Shown here: one piece after another, positions 1 through 7,735 of the stretch
Layout of the letters: each line of letters starts with the position of its first letter
Numbering within the stretch: the first letter of the stretch is position 1
The notes under the pieces: model-generated
Told to the model about the DNA's origin: nothing
The model's input: the letters and a program-made list of their open reading frames with translations, nothing else
Database searches by the model: none
Origin: a virus
Reading direction: 5' to 3' (one strand)
Length of the DNA: 31,339 nucleotides
IMG/VR virus record: IMGVR_UViG_3300045988_041366
Coordinates: 1-31,339 of that record
Program-made: the position numbers and the translations under genes

Positions 1-55
1 AAAACGCCACGCTTGTAAACCATTGGAACACCGATTATGCCGTGATAGAAAAAGA
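1..55. repeat. 55-bp exact terminal direct repeat (copy 1), identical to 31285-31339; assembly overlap of a circular or circularly permuted genome
   Basis: Bases 1-55 (aaaacgccacgcttgtaaacc...gatagaaaaaga) are repeated exactly as the last 55 bases of the window. The reading frame of the last gene is preserved across the junction (31284 is divisible by 3). Confidence 0.9.
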
Positions 56-383
56 CAACGCGAGATTCCGCACAAAAGTAGAGGTCAACGAGTCTTTAAG
101 TGTTACGAGTGGCGACGCTATCGGATTTATTTGTCACGCGCCGTTTGGGGCTAAAGATATAAGCGTGGAGCTTGGAGCAAAAAGCAATGCGCACGGCATT
201 TTGCAGCTGGGCAACAACACGGACGGCACTACCCCCGCGAGAATGGAATTTTACTCAAGCGGAACAGGCGGAGCTGGAATGGCGTTGGAGCTTATCGGCT
301 CGAGCGTTAGCGGCAGAATCTTCGTTGACACTGGCGGTATCTACGCGCAGTTCGGAGGCGGTACAGCCGTAAAACTGGCATAA
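1..383 (+). CDS. C-terminal end of the tail-associated (Tal / prophage-tail endopeptidase family) protein that starts at 29577 and wraps the circular junction
   Basis: The frame is open from base 1 and matches 29577..31339 after removing the 55-bp overlap. The stop TAA is at 381-383. The ORF-track peptide starts ...VIEKDNARF, which is the same text as the last codons of the window. Confidence 0.75.
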   Translation, partial: NATLVNHWNTDYAVIEKDNARFRTKVEVNESLSVTSGDAIGFICHAPFGAKDISVELGAKSNAHGILQLGNNTDGTTPARMEFYSSGTGGAGMALELIGSSVSGRIFVDTGGIYAQFGGGTAVKLA

Positions 384-386
384 CAC

Positions 387-414
387 TTGATTTTTATATC
401 AAAAGTGATACAAT
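387..414 (+). promoter_or_regulatory. Extended -10 promoter (TTGATT-16-TGaTACAAT)
   Basis: TTGATT lies at 387-392, TG at 406-407 and TACAAT at 409-414. The site sits in the intergenic gap after the tail gene. Three other sites share this architecture (1773, 12291, 22321). Confidence 0.55.
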
Positions 415-441
415 ATAAATATAAAATCATCGGAGGCAACA

Positions 442-603
442 ATGGACTATAAAAAAAGGCTGGAAGAGCTGAAAAACACGCTGAAATATTTTGAAGCGCA
501 GGCAAACGCCACACAAGGCGCAATACAGCTCTTGCAGGAAATCATCGCAGAGGAAGACGCCGATGACGGAAATGGAAATGGAAAATCTGGAAAAAAGGCT
601 TGA
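442..603 (+). CDS. Small hypothetical coiled-coil protein (53 aa, MDYKKRLEELKNTLKYFEAQ...)
   Basis: ATG at 442 is preceded by GGAGG (432-436). The ORF is too short for the ORF track and overlaps the next gene by 41 nt. Confidence 0.4.
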   Translation: MDYKKRLEELKNTLKYFEAQANATQGAIQLLQEIIAEEDADDGNGNGKSGKKA

Positions 604-793
604 CGAGCGATATGTCAAGCAGTCAACTTGCAATCAGAATCACAGAGAAATAGCGAACAAACTGGCTAACGACGATAAGCGAATAGAAATCGGGCTGGCG
701 AAGTTAGGCGTTGTCGAAAAGCTGATGTGGACTATTGCAACGGCGACAATAGGAACACTTATCGCAACAGTGTTTGGAATTATTTTCAAATAA
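563..793 (+). CDS. XhlA-like (hemolysin XhlA family) membrane protein: N-terminal coiled coil plus C-terminal TM helix
   Basis: The internal ATG at 563 of ORF 491..793 has GAGGAAG upstream. MTEMEMENLEKRLDERYV...DDKRIEIGLAKL is followed by the hydrophobic stretch LMWTIATATIGTLIATVFGIIFK. This architecture matches XhlA of PBSX-like lysis modules (from memory). Confidence 0.5.
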   Translation: MTEMEMENLEKRLDERYVKQSTCNQNHREIANKLANDDKRIEIGLAKLGVVEKLMWTIATATIGTLIATVFGIIFK

Positions 794-808
794 CAGTAGG
801 CGACGGAT

Positions 809-1588
809 ATGTTTTTGCCCGACGATACGCCGATTATTTTTAAACTTCCTCGCGACAAGGAATATGCGGACATATATTTTATTCACGACCTGCATTACGG
901 CTCGGAGCTGTTTGACGCGAAGAAGTGGAATAATCTAAAAGCACAGATAATCGCAGACCCTAACGCATATATATGCTGGGTGGGTGACCTAATGGAGGAC
1001 GCTATCCCAAACAGCAAGTCCGACATATTTACGCAGACCGCAAGCCCTGCGCATCAGAAAGAGTGGGTCACAGAACAGCTGTCCGAACTGAAAGAAAAGA
1101 CTATAGCAGTTGTTCCAGGCAATCACTGTCACAATCGCGCTACAAAGACCTGCGGACTTTATCCTCTGTATGACTGCTGCTTAATAGCAGGAATCGGGGA
1201 AAAATACCGCGACACAATAGCGTTCTTGAACATAGCAATCGGGGAAATTAAACCGTCGAGCACAAAGCAGATACACTACTTCGGGCAGCTGCAGCACCAG
1301 GCAAAGGACATCAAATCAGTTCATTCTGCCGACTATACGGACGGTATAGACTTTTTCGCAAGCGGTCATGACCACGAAGCAAAAGACCGCCCGAGGGCGA
1401 AGCTTGTATTTGACAAGTACAACAACAAAATCACCAAAAAGAATATAGAATGTATCAACTGCGGCTCTTTCTTATCGTTCGGCGGTTATGGAGCGAAATC
1501 GGCGTATCGTCCGCAGTCTGACAAGCTCTATGTCCTGCGGATATCGGGCAGAAAGAAATCTATGAAAACAATAGGCTTTTATGTATGA
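809..1588 (+). CDS. Calcineurin-like metallophosphoesterase
   Basis: Ordered phosphoesterase motifs are present: IHDLHYG (DxH), WVGDLMED (GD), VPGNHCHN (GNH) and ASGHDHE (GH). Confidence 0.7.
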   Translation: MFLPDDTPIIFKLPRDKEYADIYFIHDLHYGSELFDAKKWNNLKAQIIADPNAYICWVGDLMEDAIPNSKSDIFTQTASPAHQKEWVTEQLSELKEKTIAVVPGNHCHNRATKTCGLYPLYDCCLIAGIGEKYRDTIAFLNIAIGEIKPSSTKQIHYFGQLQHQAKDIKSVHSADYTDGIDFFASGHDHEAKDRPRAKLVFDKYNNKITKKNIECINCGSFLSFGGYGAKSAYRPQSDKLYVLRISGRKKSMKTIGFYV

Positions 1589-1637
1589 TTGACACTATTA
1601 TCCCGCGAAGAGCTGATAATAAAATATCCGTAAAGGC

Positions 1638-1666
1638 TTGACAAATGACAAGCAATGCTTTATAAT
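1638..1666 (+). promoter_or_regulatory. Perfect sigmaA consensus promoter TTGACA-17-TATAAT with no ORF downstream
   Basis: TTGACA lies at 1638-1643, a 17-nt spacer follows, and TATAAT lies at 1661-1666. Confidence 0.65.
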
Positions 1667-1673
1667 ATCTATA

Positions 1674-1716
1674 GTGACTGTTAGGGCTTTGGTCACGATT
1701 GTTCTTTTTTTGTTTT
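1674..1716 (+). terminator. Weak hairpin plus T-run (terminator-like) about 8 nt after the 1638 promoter -10
   Basis: GTGACTG (1674-1680) pairs with TGGTCAC (1690-1696), including G.U pairs. It is followed by gattgttctttttttgttttt. Confidence 0.35.
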
Positions 1717-1736
1717 TCTCCTTTCATTTTGGCAGA

Positions 1737-1768
1737 GCAGCATCGAGAAATCGGTGCTGTTTTGCTTT
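1737..1768 (+). terminator. Intrinsic terminator
   Basis: A 9-bp stem forms between GCAGCAUCG (1737-1745) and CGGUGCUGU (1752-1760), with a 6-nt loop, then TTTGCTTT. Confidence 0.55.
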
Positions 1769-1772
1769 ATGC

Positions 1773-1800
1773 TTGACTTTTTTATAATATGTGATACAAT
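1773..1800 (+). promoter_or_regulatory. Extended -10 promoter (TTGACT-16-TGaTACAAT) with no ORF downstream
   Basis: TTGACT lies at 1773-1778, TG at 1792-1793 and TACAAT at 1795-1800. The -10 region is nearly identical to that of the 387 promoter (gtgatacaatat). Confidence 0.55.
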
Positions 1801-1827
1801 ATATATGCTTCATGCGTGTCTACAAAG

Positions 1828-1861
1828 GTGCTCAGCTCCGGCTGGGCGCTTTTGTTTTTTT
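1828..1861 (+). terminator. Strong intrinsic terminator
   Basis: GGTGCTCAGC (1828-1836), tccg loop, GCTGGGCGC (1841-1849), followed by TTTTGTTTTTTT. Confidence 0.7.
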
Positions 1862-1921
1862 AAAAAAAGTTTAAAAAGTTTTTAAAAAACTATTGACAAA
1901 CGTAACAACATAGTATATAAT
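1862..1921 (+). promoter_or_regulatory. Phased A-tract UP region plus perfect consensus promoter (cassette copy A)
   Basis: A-tracts start at 1862, 1873 and 1884. TTGACA lies at 1893-1898, a 17-nt spacer follows, and TATAAT lies at 1916-1921 in the context actaTTGACAaa...TATAATATA. Confidence 0.75.
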
Positions 1922-1953
1922 ATAACTGCAAAACAAAGAAAGGAGACATTGAA

Positions 1954-2448
1954 ATGACGAAAGGATTTTTAACTATCGCCGCAGTGCTGGCACTTGTCCT
2001 GCTTTTCGCGGCGGCAGCGGTTCCTGAAGAAATCACGATACCGGAGACAGAACCGACTACCGCGCCTGAACCGACGGTATCGGCGCAGATACCCACAGCA
2101 CGCTACAGGTTGACCGCAGAGGAGCGAGAGCTTATATGCGAGGTAGTTATGGCTGAATCGGGAACAGAGCCGTTTGACGGCAAAATGGCGGTCTCACAGT
2201 GTATTTTGAATGCTTGCGAGCAAACAGGGAAAAGACCCGCCGAGATTGTGACCGAGTATGGTTACACCGAACGCCGGGTGGAACCGAACGCAGAGACGAG
2301 GGAAGCCGTCGCCGCAGTCTTTGATGCCGGCGAGACGGTGACAGACGCAGAGATTCTTTATTTTTATGCGCCTGAGCTTGTGAGCAGCGAGTGGCACGAA
2401 TCGCAGACCTATGTCTGCACGATAGGCGGTCACAGATTTTTCGCCTAA
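1954..2448 (+). CDS. Secreted or membrane-anchored SleB/CwlJ-type cell wall hydrolase (Hydrolase_2-like)
   Basis: RBS AAAGGAG. The N-terminal signal/TM is MTKGFLTIAAVLALVLLFAAAAVP. The core LTAEERELICEVVMAESGTEPFDGKMAVSQCILNA...GGHRFF resembles the SleB-type catalytic domain. Confidence 0.65.
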   Translation: MTKGFLTIAAVLALVLLFAAAAVPEEITIPETEPTTAPEPTVSAQIPTARYRLTAEERELICEVVMAESGTEPFDGKMAVSQCILNACEQTGKRPAEIVTEYGYTERRVEPNAETREAVAAVFDAGETVTDAEILYFYAPELVSSEWHESQTYVCTIGGHRFFA

Positions 2449-2460
2449 CTTACATAGAAA

Positions 2461-2490
2461 AGAGGCAGAGCTTGCGCCCTGCCTCTTTGT
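2461..2490 (+). terminator. Intrinsic terminator (repeated element, copy 1)
   Basis: AGAGGCAG (2461-2468) pairs with CTGCCTCT (2479-2486), then TTGTCATTT. The core ggcagagcttgcgccctgcct recurs at 4333-4353. Confidence 0.7.
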
Positions 2491-2509
2491 CATTTCACGA
2501 AAAAGCCCG

Positions 2510-2578
2510 AAAAAACTTTAAAAAAGTTTAAAAAATTTTAAAAAAACTATTGACAAGCGCGGCTATATGGTATATAAT
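2510..2578 (+). promoter_or_regulatory. Phased A-tract UP region plus perfect consensus promoter (cassette copy B)
   Basis: A6-7 tracts start at exactly 2510, 2520, 2530 and 2540. TTGACA lies at 2550-2555, a 17-nt spacer follows, and TATAAT lies at 2573-2578. Confidence 0.75.
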
Positions 2579-2610
2579 ATAGACAATGAAAGGACAGAAA
2601 GGTGATTAAA

Positions 2611-2865
2611 ATGACAACAATCAATGCAAAAATCAGAAATCAGGCAAACAAGATAATATCAAAGTACAACGGATACAGAAAGCCGCAGGACATCGCGAAG
2701 ATGTATACGGAGCTGTCAGAGATAGGCGTTACAATCCCGATGTTCGCAGGAAACATGACCGCTTTTGAATACAACGGCGAGGCGGTTGAAAATTCGAGAT
2801 TTGTTTATCAGGCTTACGAAATGCCCGAAAGCGACAACGTGGAATACAATATGTATATATCGTGA
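2611..2865 (+). CDS. Hypothetical early protein (84 aa)
   Basis: ORF 2602..2865. The ATG at 2611 is better spaced from AAAGGTGA than the GTG at 2602. No recognisable motifs. Confidence 0.55.
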   Translation: MTTINAKIRNQANKIISKYNGYRKPQDIAKMYTELSEIGVTIPMFAGNMTAFEYNGEAVENSRFVYQAYEMPESDNVEYNMYIS

Positions 2866-2875
2866 GGAGGTTAAA

Positions 2876-3307
2876 ATGTTAGTAACGGTTGTAGAGTATA
2901 AAGGCGAATATGTCTGCGTCGGACTTAGACCGCTGGAAAGCGGGTATCAGGCGTATTACCTTTATACTTTTAAAGGCAAAAGATATCAGACAAAAGAAGA
3001 AGCAATCGCCGCAATCAATCAGTTCAATCCGCATTTTGTTTATTTTGACACAAAAGATATCACGGGCTGGGAAGATTGGATCGCTGAGGACAACTACGAC
3101 GCAACGAAACAAATGACGCTTTTCGCGACTTATGACGGCGGCGCATTGTATCGGGTTAAATCGGATACGGGCGACTATCTCAAAAGCGTCAAAAAAGGCA
3201 GAAACAAAGCTGAAGTTTTTGGCGGCGTCGATTGGTTTTTGCTACAAAGAAAACGCTTTCCGGAGCTATACGGAGAAAAAAATTATCATATAGTGGAGGA
3301 TGTTTAA
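2876..3307 (+). CDS. Hypothetical early protein (143 aa)
   Basis: ATG at 2876 lies 5 nt after GAGGAGG (2864-2870). The longer track ORF from 2765 overlaps the previous gene and lacks an RBS. Confidence 0.6.
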   Translation: MLVTVVEYKGEYVCVGLRPLESGYQAYYLYTFKGKRYQTKEEAIAAINQFNPHFVYFDTKDITGWEDWIAEDNYDATKQMTLFATYDGGALYRVKSDTGDYLKSVKKGRNKAEVFGGVDWFLLQRKRFPELYGEKNYHIVEDV

Positions 3308-3308
3308 A

Positions 3309-3446
3309 ATGATTTTAAAATTTGCAATTCAAACGGTCTTTGAAATCCTGCTTGTTGTGGGTATTATTTACGGCTTCATCCACGAAGACAAGCTTATCGC
3401 ACTTGAGGATAAAATCAAAGCAAGCATCAAGAACAGGAGGAGATGA
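3309..3446 (+). CDS. Small membrane protein (45 aa, MILKFAIQTVFEILLVVGIIYGFIHEDK...)
   Basis: The ATG lies 1 nt after the preceding stop. It has one hydrophobic helix and exactly fills the gap to the next gene. It is too short for the ORF track. Confidence 0.45.
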   Translation: MILKFAIQTVFEILLVVGIIYGFIHEDKLIALEDKIKASIKNRRR

Positions 3447-3450
3447 TTAA

Positions 3451-4290
3451 ATGAGCATTAAAATGTTTGACCGTGCGGAAGTACTGAAACTTTTAAAGAG
3501 CGGTCGTAAAAAAGCAATCTTAGATTATGACCTCAGAGACGCAATCTTTACACGCGCAGACCTCAGAGACACAGACCTTAGCGGCGTAAACTTCACCAGC
3601 GCAGACTTTGAAGGCGCAGACCTTAGCTATGCAAACCTCAGAGGCGCAAACCTTAGTCGCACAGACCTCAGAGGCGCAAACCTTAGTTACGCAAACCTCA
3701 AAGGCGCAGAACTCACCAACTCGCTCCTCAAGGGCACAGACCTCAAAGGCGCAAACCTCATCAACGCATTATTCTTTGGCGCGGTTTTCGACGGCGCAGA
3801 CCTTAGCGGTGCAAACCTCAACGCTGCAGACCTCAACAACACAAACCTTAGCGGTGCAAACCTCAGAGGTGCAGACTTTAGCTGTGCATACCTCAGCTGT
3901 GCAGACCTTAGCGGTTTAGACCTTAGCGGTTTAGACTTTAGCGGTGCAGACCTTATGCGCGCAGACCTTAGCTATGCAAACCTCAGAGGTGCAGACTTTG
4001 AAGGCGCAGACCTCAGAGGTGCAAACCTCAACGGTGCAAACCTCAGAGTTGCAAACCTCAATGGTGCAGACCTCAGAGGCGCAAATCTCGATTATTCTTG
4101 TTATCCGCTGTCGAGCGGCAGCCTACACCTCAAAGCGGATAAAAGGCTTGCTTGCCAGCTTGCGTATCATCTGTGTTCGCTGCAGTGCGATGACGCAGAC
4201 TATATCAAAATGCGCAACTCTATTCTCGATTTTGCTAATCAGTTTCATCGAGTGAACGAGTGCGGCGAACTGGAAGAGAGGGAGATATAG
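3451..4290 (+). CDS. Pentapeptide-repeat protein (about 40 tandem A(D/N)LxG-type pentapeptides) with a roughly 70-aa Cys-containing C-terminal domain
   Basis: RBS AGGAGGAG. The pattern [53 protein letters not shown]... continues to about aa 210. Confidence 0.9.
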   Translation: MSIKMFDRAEVLKLLKSGRKKAILDYDLRDAIFTRADLRDTDLSGVNFTSADFEGADLSYANLRGANLSRTDLRGANLSYANLKGAELTNSLLKGTDLKGANLINALFFGAVFDGADLSGANLNAADLNNTNLSGANLRGADFSCAYLSCADLSGLDLSGLDFSGADLMRADLSYANLRGADFEGADLRGANLNGANLRVANLNGADLRGANLDYSCYPLSSGSLHLKADKRLACQLAYHLCSLQCDDADYIKMRNSILDFANQFHRVNECGELEEREI

Positions 4291-4330
4291 GCTCAGCTTC
4301 ACAAATTGTAGTCAATCATATAATACCTCC

Positions 4331-4360
4331 AAAGGCAGAGCTTGCGCCCTGCCTTTTTGT
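4331..4360 (+). terminator. Intrinsic terminator (repeated element, copy 2)
   Basis: AAAGGCAG (4331-4338) pairs with CTGCCTTT (4349-4356), then TTGTCATTTT. The loop is the same as at 2461-2490. Confidence 0.7.
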
Positions 4361-4422
4361 CATTTTACGATATAATTATAACCGGGGAAAAAGTGAACGA
4401 AGCGAACACGAAAAAAGCCCGC

Positions 4423-4491
4423 AAAAAACTTTAAAAAAGTTAAAAAATTTTTAAAAAAACTATTGACAAACACAGTCAAACAATATATAAT
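4423..4491 (+). promoter_or_regulatory. Phased A-tract UP region plus perfect consensus promoter (cassette copy C)
   Basis: A-tracts start at 4423, 4433, 4442 and 4453. TTGACA lies at 4463-4468, a 17-nt spacer follows, and TATAAT lies at 4486-4491. Confidence 0.75.
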
Positions 4492-4542
4492 ATAGTCACA
4501 AGGTCAAGGGAGACCAACAAAATAAAGAAAGAGGTAAAAACA

Positions 4543-4986
4543 ATGTTTATTTGCAAAGACTGCGGCGGCGTTTTTGAGTGCCCTGACTACACGGAAGAGA
4601 ATGTCGGCGAGTACTGCGGACAGCCCGCATTTCAGGCGGTTGACCTTTGCCCGTATTGCCACTGCGACGAGTTTGAAGAGGCGAGAAAGTGCGAAATCTG
4701 CGGCGAGTGGAAATCGGAGGACGACATGGAGTGCGATGTCTGCTATGACTGCATGAACGAGCGCAAGTACGATTTTGACTATTGCGAGAGCTTGTGCGGA
4801 GATGAGACGGAGGCGGTGCAGATTAACGCGCTGTATGCGTCGCTTTTAACACCGCGTCAGATTGACATGATACTGCGCCGTGAATTGAAACAGGCTAACG
4901 CGATTCAGCCGCTGGACTGCACGGAGTTCATCGACTCTGACCGCACATGGTTCGCGGATAAAATGATAGAAAAGGAGGCGAAATAA
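4543..4986 (+). CDS. Cys-rich (multiple CxxC) hypothetical protein, probable zinc ribbons
   Basis: RBS AAGAGG. CKDCGG, CPYCHC, CEICGEW and CDVCYDC motifs are present. Confidence 0.6.
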   Translation: MFICKDCGGVFECPDYTEENVGEYCGQPAFQAVDLCPYCHCDEFEEARKCEICGEWKSEDDMECDVCYDCMNERKYDFDYCESLCGDETEAVQINALYASLLTPRQIDMILRRELKQANAIQPLDCTEFIDSDRTWFADKMIEKEAK

Positions 4987-5106
4987 TGGAACATGAGATG
5001 ATAGCCGTACCGATGCCACGCGAACTGTATGAAAGCATCTGCAAGCTTGCCAAACAGAACGACCTAACAAAAGCGGCACAGACAAGAATACTAATCAAGA
5101 AAGGAC

Positions 5107-5123
<17 letters not shown>
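4986..5123 (+). CDS. Small ribbon-helix-helix (Arc/CopG-like) DNA-binding protein (45 aa)
   Basis: The start overlaps the previous stop (TAATG). In MEHEMIAVPMPRELYESICKLAKQNDLTKAAQTRILIKKGLEHIG, a beta-strand is followed by two helices, which is typical of RHH. It is too short for the ORF track. Confidence 0.45.
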
Positions 5124-6520
<1,397 letters not shown>

Positions 6521-6524
<4 letters not shown>

Positions 6525-6727
6525 TTCAAGAAGACTGTTTCGCATACTGGCCGAGCAGGTGCAAGGCATTAAAACGGATGGTCTGTGCAGAGCAAGATTA
6601 TTGCAAGTTTTACAAGACCAAAGAGCAACACAAGACGGATTTATTTAACAGTGAAGCGCGAATCCGCAAGCTTTACGGCGTTTCACCCGAAAAATTTTTA
6701 GAAGATAGAGGTATTATTGATGATTAA
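6521..6727 (+). CDS. Hypothetical Cys-containing protein (68 aa)
   Basis: RBS GGGAGG. The start overlaps the previous stop (ATGA). Confidence 0.5.
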
Positions 6728-7085
6728 CAATGTAACACTTATCGGAAGACTGACCGCAACGCCTGAACTCAGGAAGACCAACACAGGCAAAACAGTAGTA
6801 TCATTTTGTATCGCCGTGGAAAGACGATTTGACCGCGCCACATCGGATTTTATCAACATCGTGGCATGGAACAAGACCGCAGAATTTGTCAATAAGTATT
6901 TTGCAAAAGGCGATTTAATTGCCTTGACTGGCAGCATACAGACTCGCAAATATGAAGACAAGGACGGCAACAAGCGCACAGCGTTTGAAGTACTGGCGGA
7001 TGATGTCAGCTTCTGCGGTAAGAAAGAGAAGTCCTCAGAGCCTGATTTTGAGGAAATAAAGGTAAGCGGTGACTTGCCGTTTTGA
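6720..7085 (+). CDS. ssb: Single-stranded DNA-binding protein
   Basis: It has an OB-fold signature (MINNVTLIGRLTATPELRKTNTGKTVVSFCIAVERRF...NIVAWNKTAEF...GSIQTRKYEDKDGNKRTAFEV) and the acidic tail ...DFEEIKVSGDLPF. Confidence 0.9.
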   Translation: MINNVTLIGRLTATPELRKTNTGKTVVSFCIAVERRFDRATSDFINIVAWNKTAEFVNKYFAKGDLIALTGSIQTRKYEDKDGNKRTAFEVLADDVSFCGKKEKSSEPDFEEIKVSGDLPF

Positions 7086-7119
7086 TTGATGTCAAATGTG
7101 ATTAAATTTTAAAAAACGC

Positions 7120-7148
7120 TTGACAACTGCTCTAAAATCAGTTATAAT
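7120..7148 (+). promoter_or_regulatory. Perfect consensus promoter TTGACA-17-TATAAT (copy E)
   Basis: TTGACA lies at 7120-7125 and TATAAT at 7143-7148. An A-tract lies at 7111-7116. Confidence 0.7.
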
Positions 7149-7154
7149 AAAGAG

Positions 7155-7312
7155 GATGAGAGGTCAGGTTACAAGCCGCTTATCGGGTTGTGATATTGCG
7201 TGTGAGGCGGTATCGCAGCAACAACAAAATATCACAGCCCACGCCCTTTGCGTTGATTTGCTCACACCTTATCAATGCAGAGGGCTTTTACTTTAAAAAT
7301 GGAGGCAACAAC
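7155..7312 (+). promoter_or_regulatory. Roughly 160-nt structured 5' leader of the replication operon
   Basis: No RBS or credible ORF is present. Mutually exclusive pairings are visible: GUGAUAUU (7190-7197) with AAUAUCAC (7228-7235); GUGUGAG (7201-7207) with CUCACAC (7261-7267); AGCCC (7236-7240) with GGGCU (7282-7286) followed by UUUUACUUU. Confidence 0.4.
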
Positions 7313-7693
7313 ATGAAACAGACAATTGAGGGGTTTAGTCAGGAATATGCCATGACGCTTAAAAAGACCGTTGCGACAAGCAAGGGCGAAAAGACTATAA
7401 AAATCGACTGCACCGACCTTGTTATTTTACGCTGGTTTACGGATTCTCATCCCAATATGCGCAAAACAACAATCGACGGACGCGAGTATGTTATGGTTAC
7501 ACACAGCAAACTGCTGGAGGATTTGCCGATGATTGACATTTCAAAAAGAGCGTTTATTGATAGAATGCAGAAGCTGGTGGACTTTGGAATACTGGATTAT
7601 CAGCTTGTTAAAAAAGGCGGCACTTTTTCGTTTTACGCGTTCGGCAAGAATTATGAACCTTTATGCGGACGGCGCACAGTCGGAATAGATTGA
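7313..7693 (+). CDS. Putative winged-helix DNA-binding protein (replication-module accessory)
   Basis: ATG at 7313 lies after GGAGG (7301-7305). The track ORF from 7190 is a spurious 5' extension through the leader. Confidence 0.45.
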   Translation: MKQTIEGFSQEYAMTLKKTVATSKGEKTIKIDCTDLVILRWFTDSHPNMRKTTIDGREYVMVTHSKLLEDLPMIDISKRAFIDRMQKLVDFGILDYQLVKKGGTFSFYAFGKNYEPLCGRRTVGID

Positions 7694-7735
7694 GGCTAAA
7701 TACAAGAAAAATTATTGCGATTCGGAGGGAACAAA

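Noticed and set aside
3530-4090. Regularly spaced short DNA repeats (gcagacctYagc, gcaaacctcagaggY) that could be taken for a CRISPR-like or satellite array. The long alternative-frame ORFs 3608..3919 and 3944..4255 lie here too.
   Set aside because: The periodicity is 15 nt and in frame with a pentapeptide-repeat protein. There are no unique spacers. The alternative-frame ORFs are artefacts of the repetitive coding sequence.
7190-7312. The N-terminal extension of ORF 7190..7693 (GTG start), which would make the leader region coding.
   Set aside because: There is no RBS and the peptide is implausible. A strong GGAGG-ATG start lies at 7313 in the same frame. The same reasoning removes the 5' extensions of 2765..3307, 491..793, 12323..12925, 12766..13365, 13727..14077, 22365..23024 and 28773..29534.
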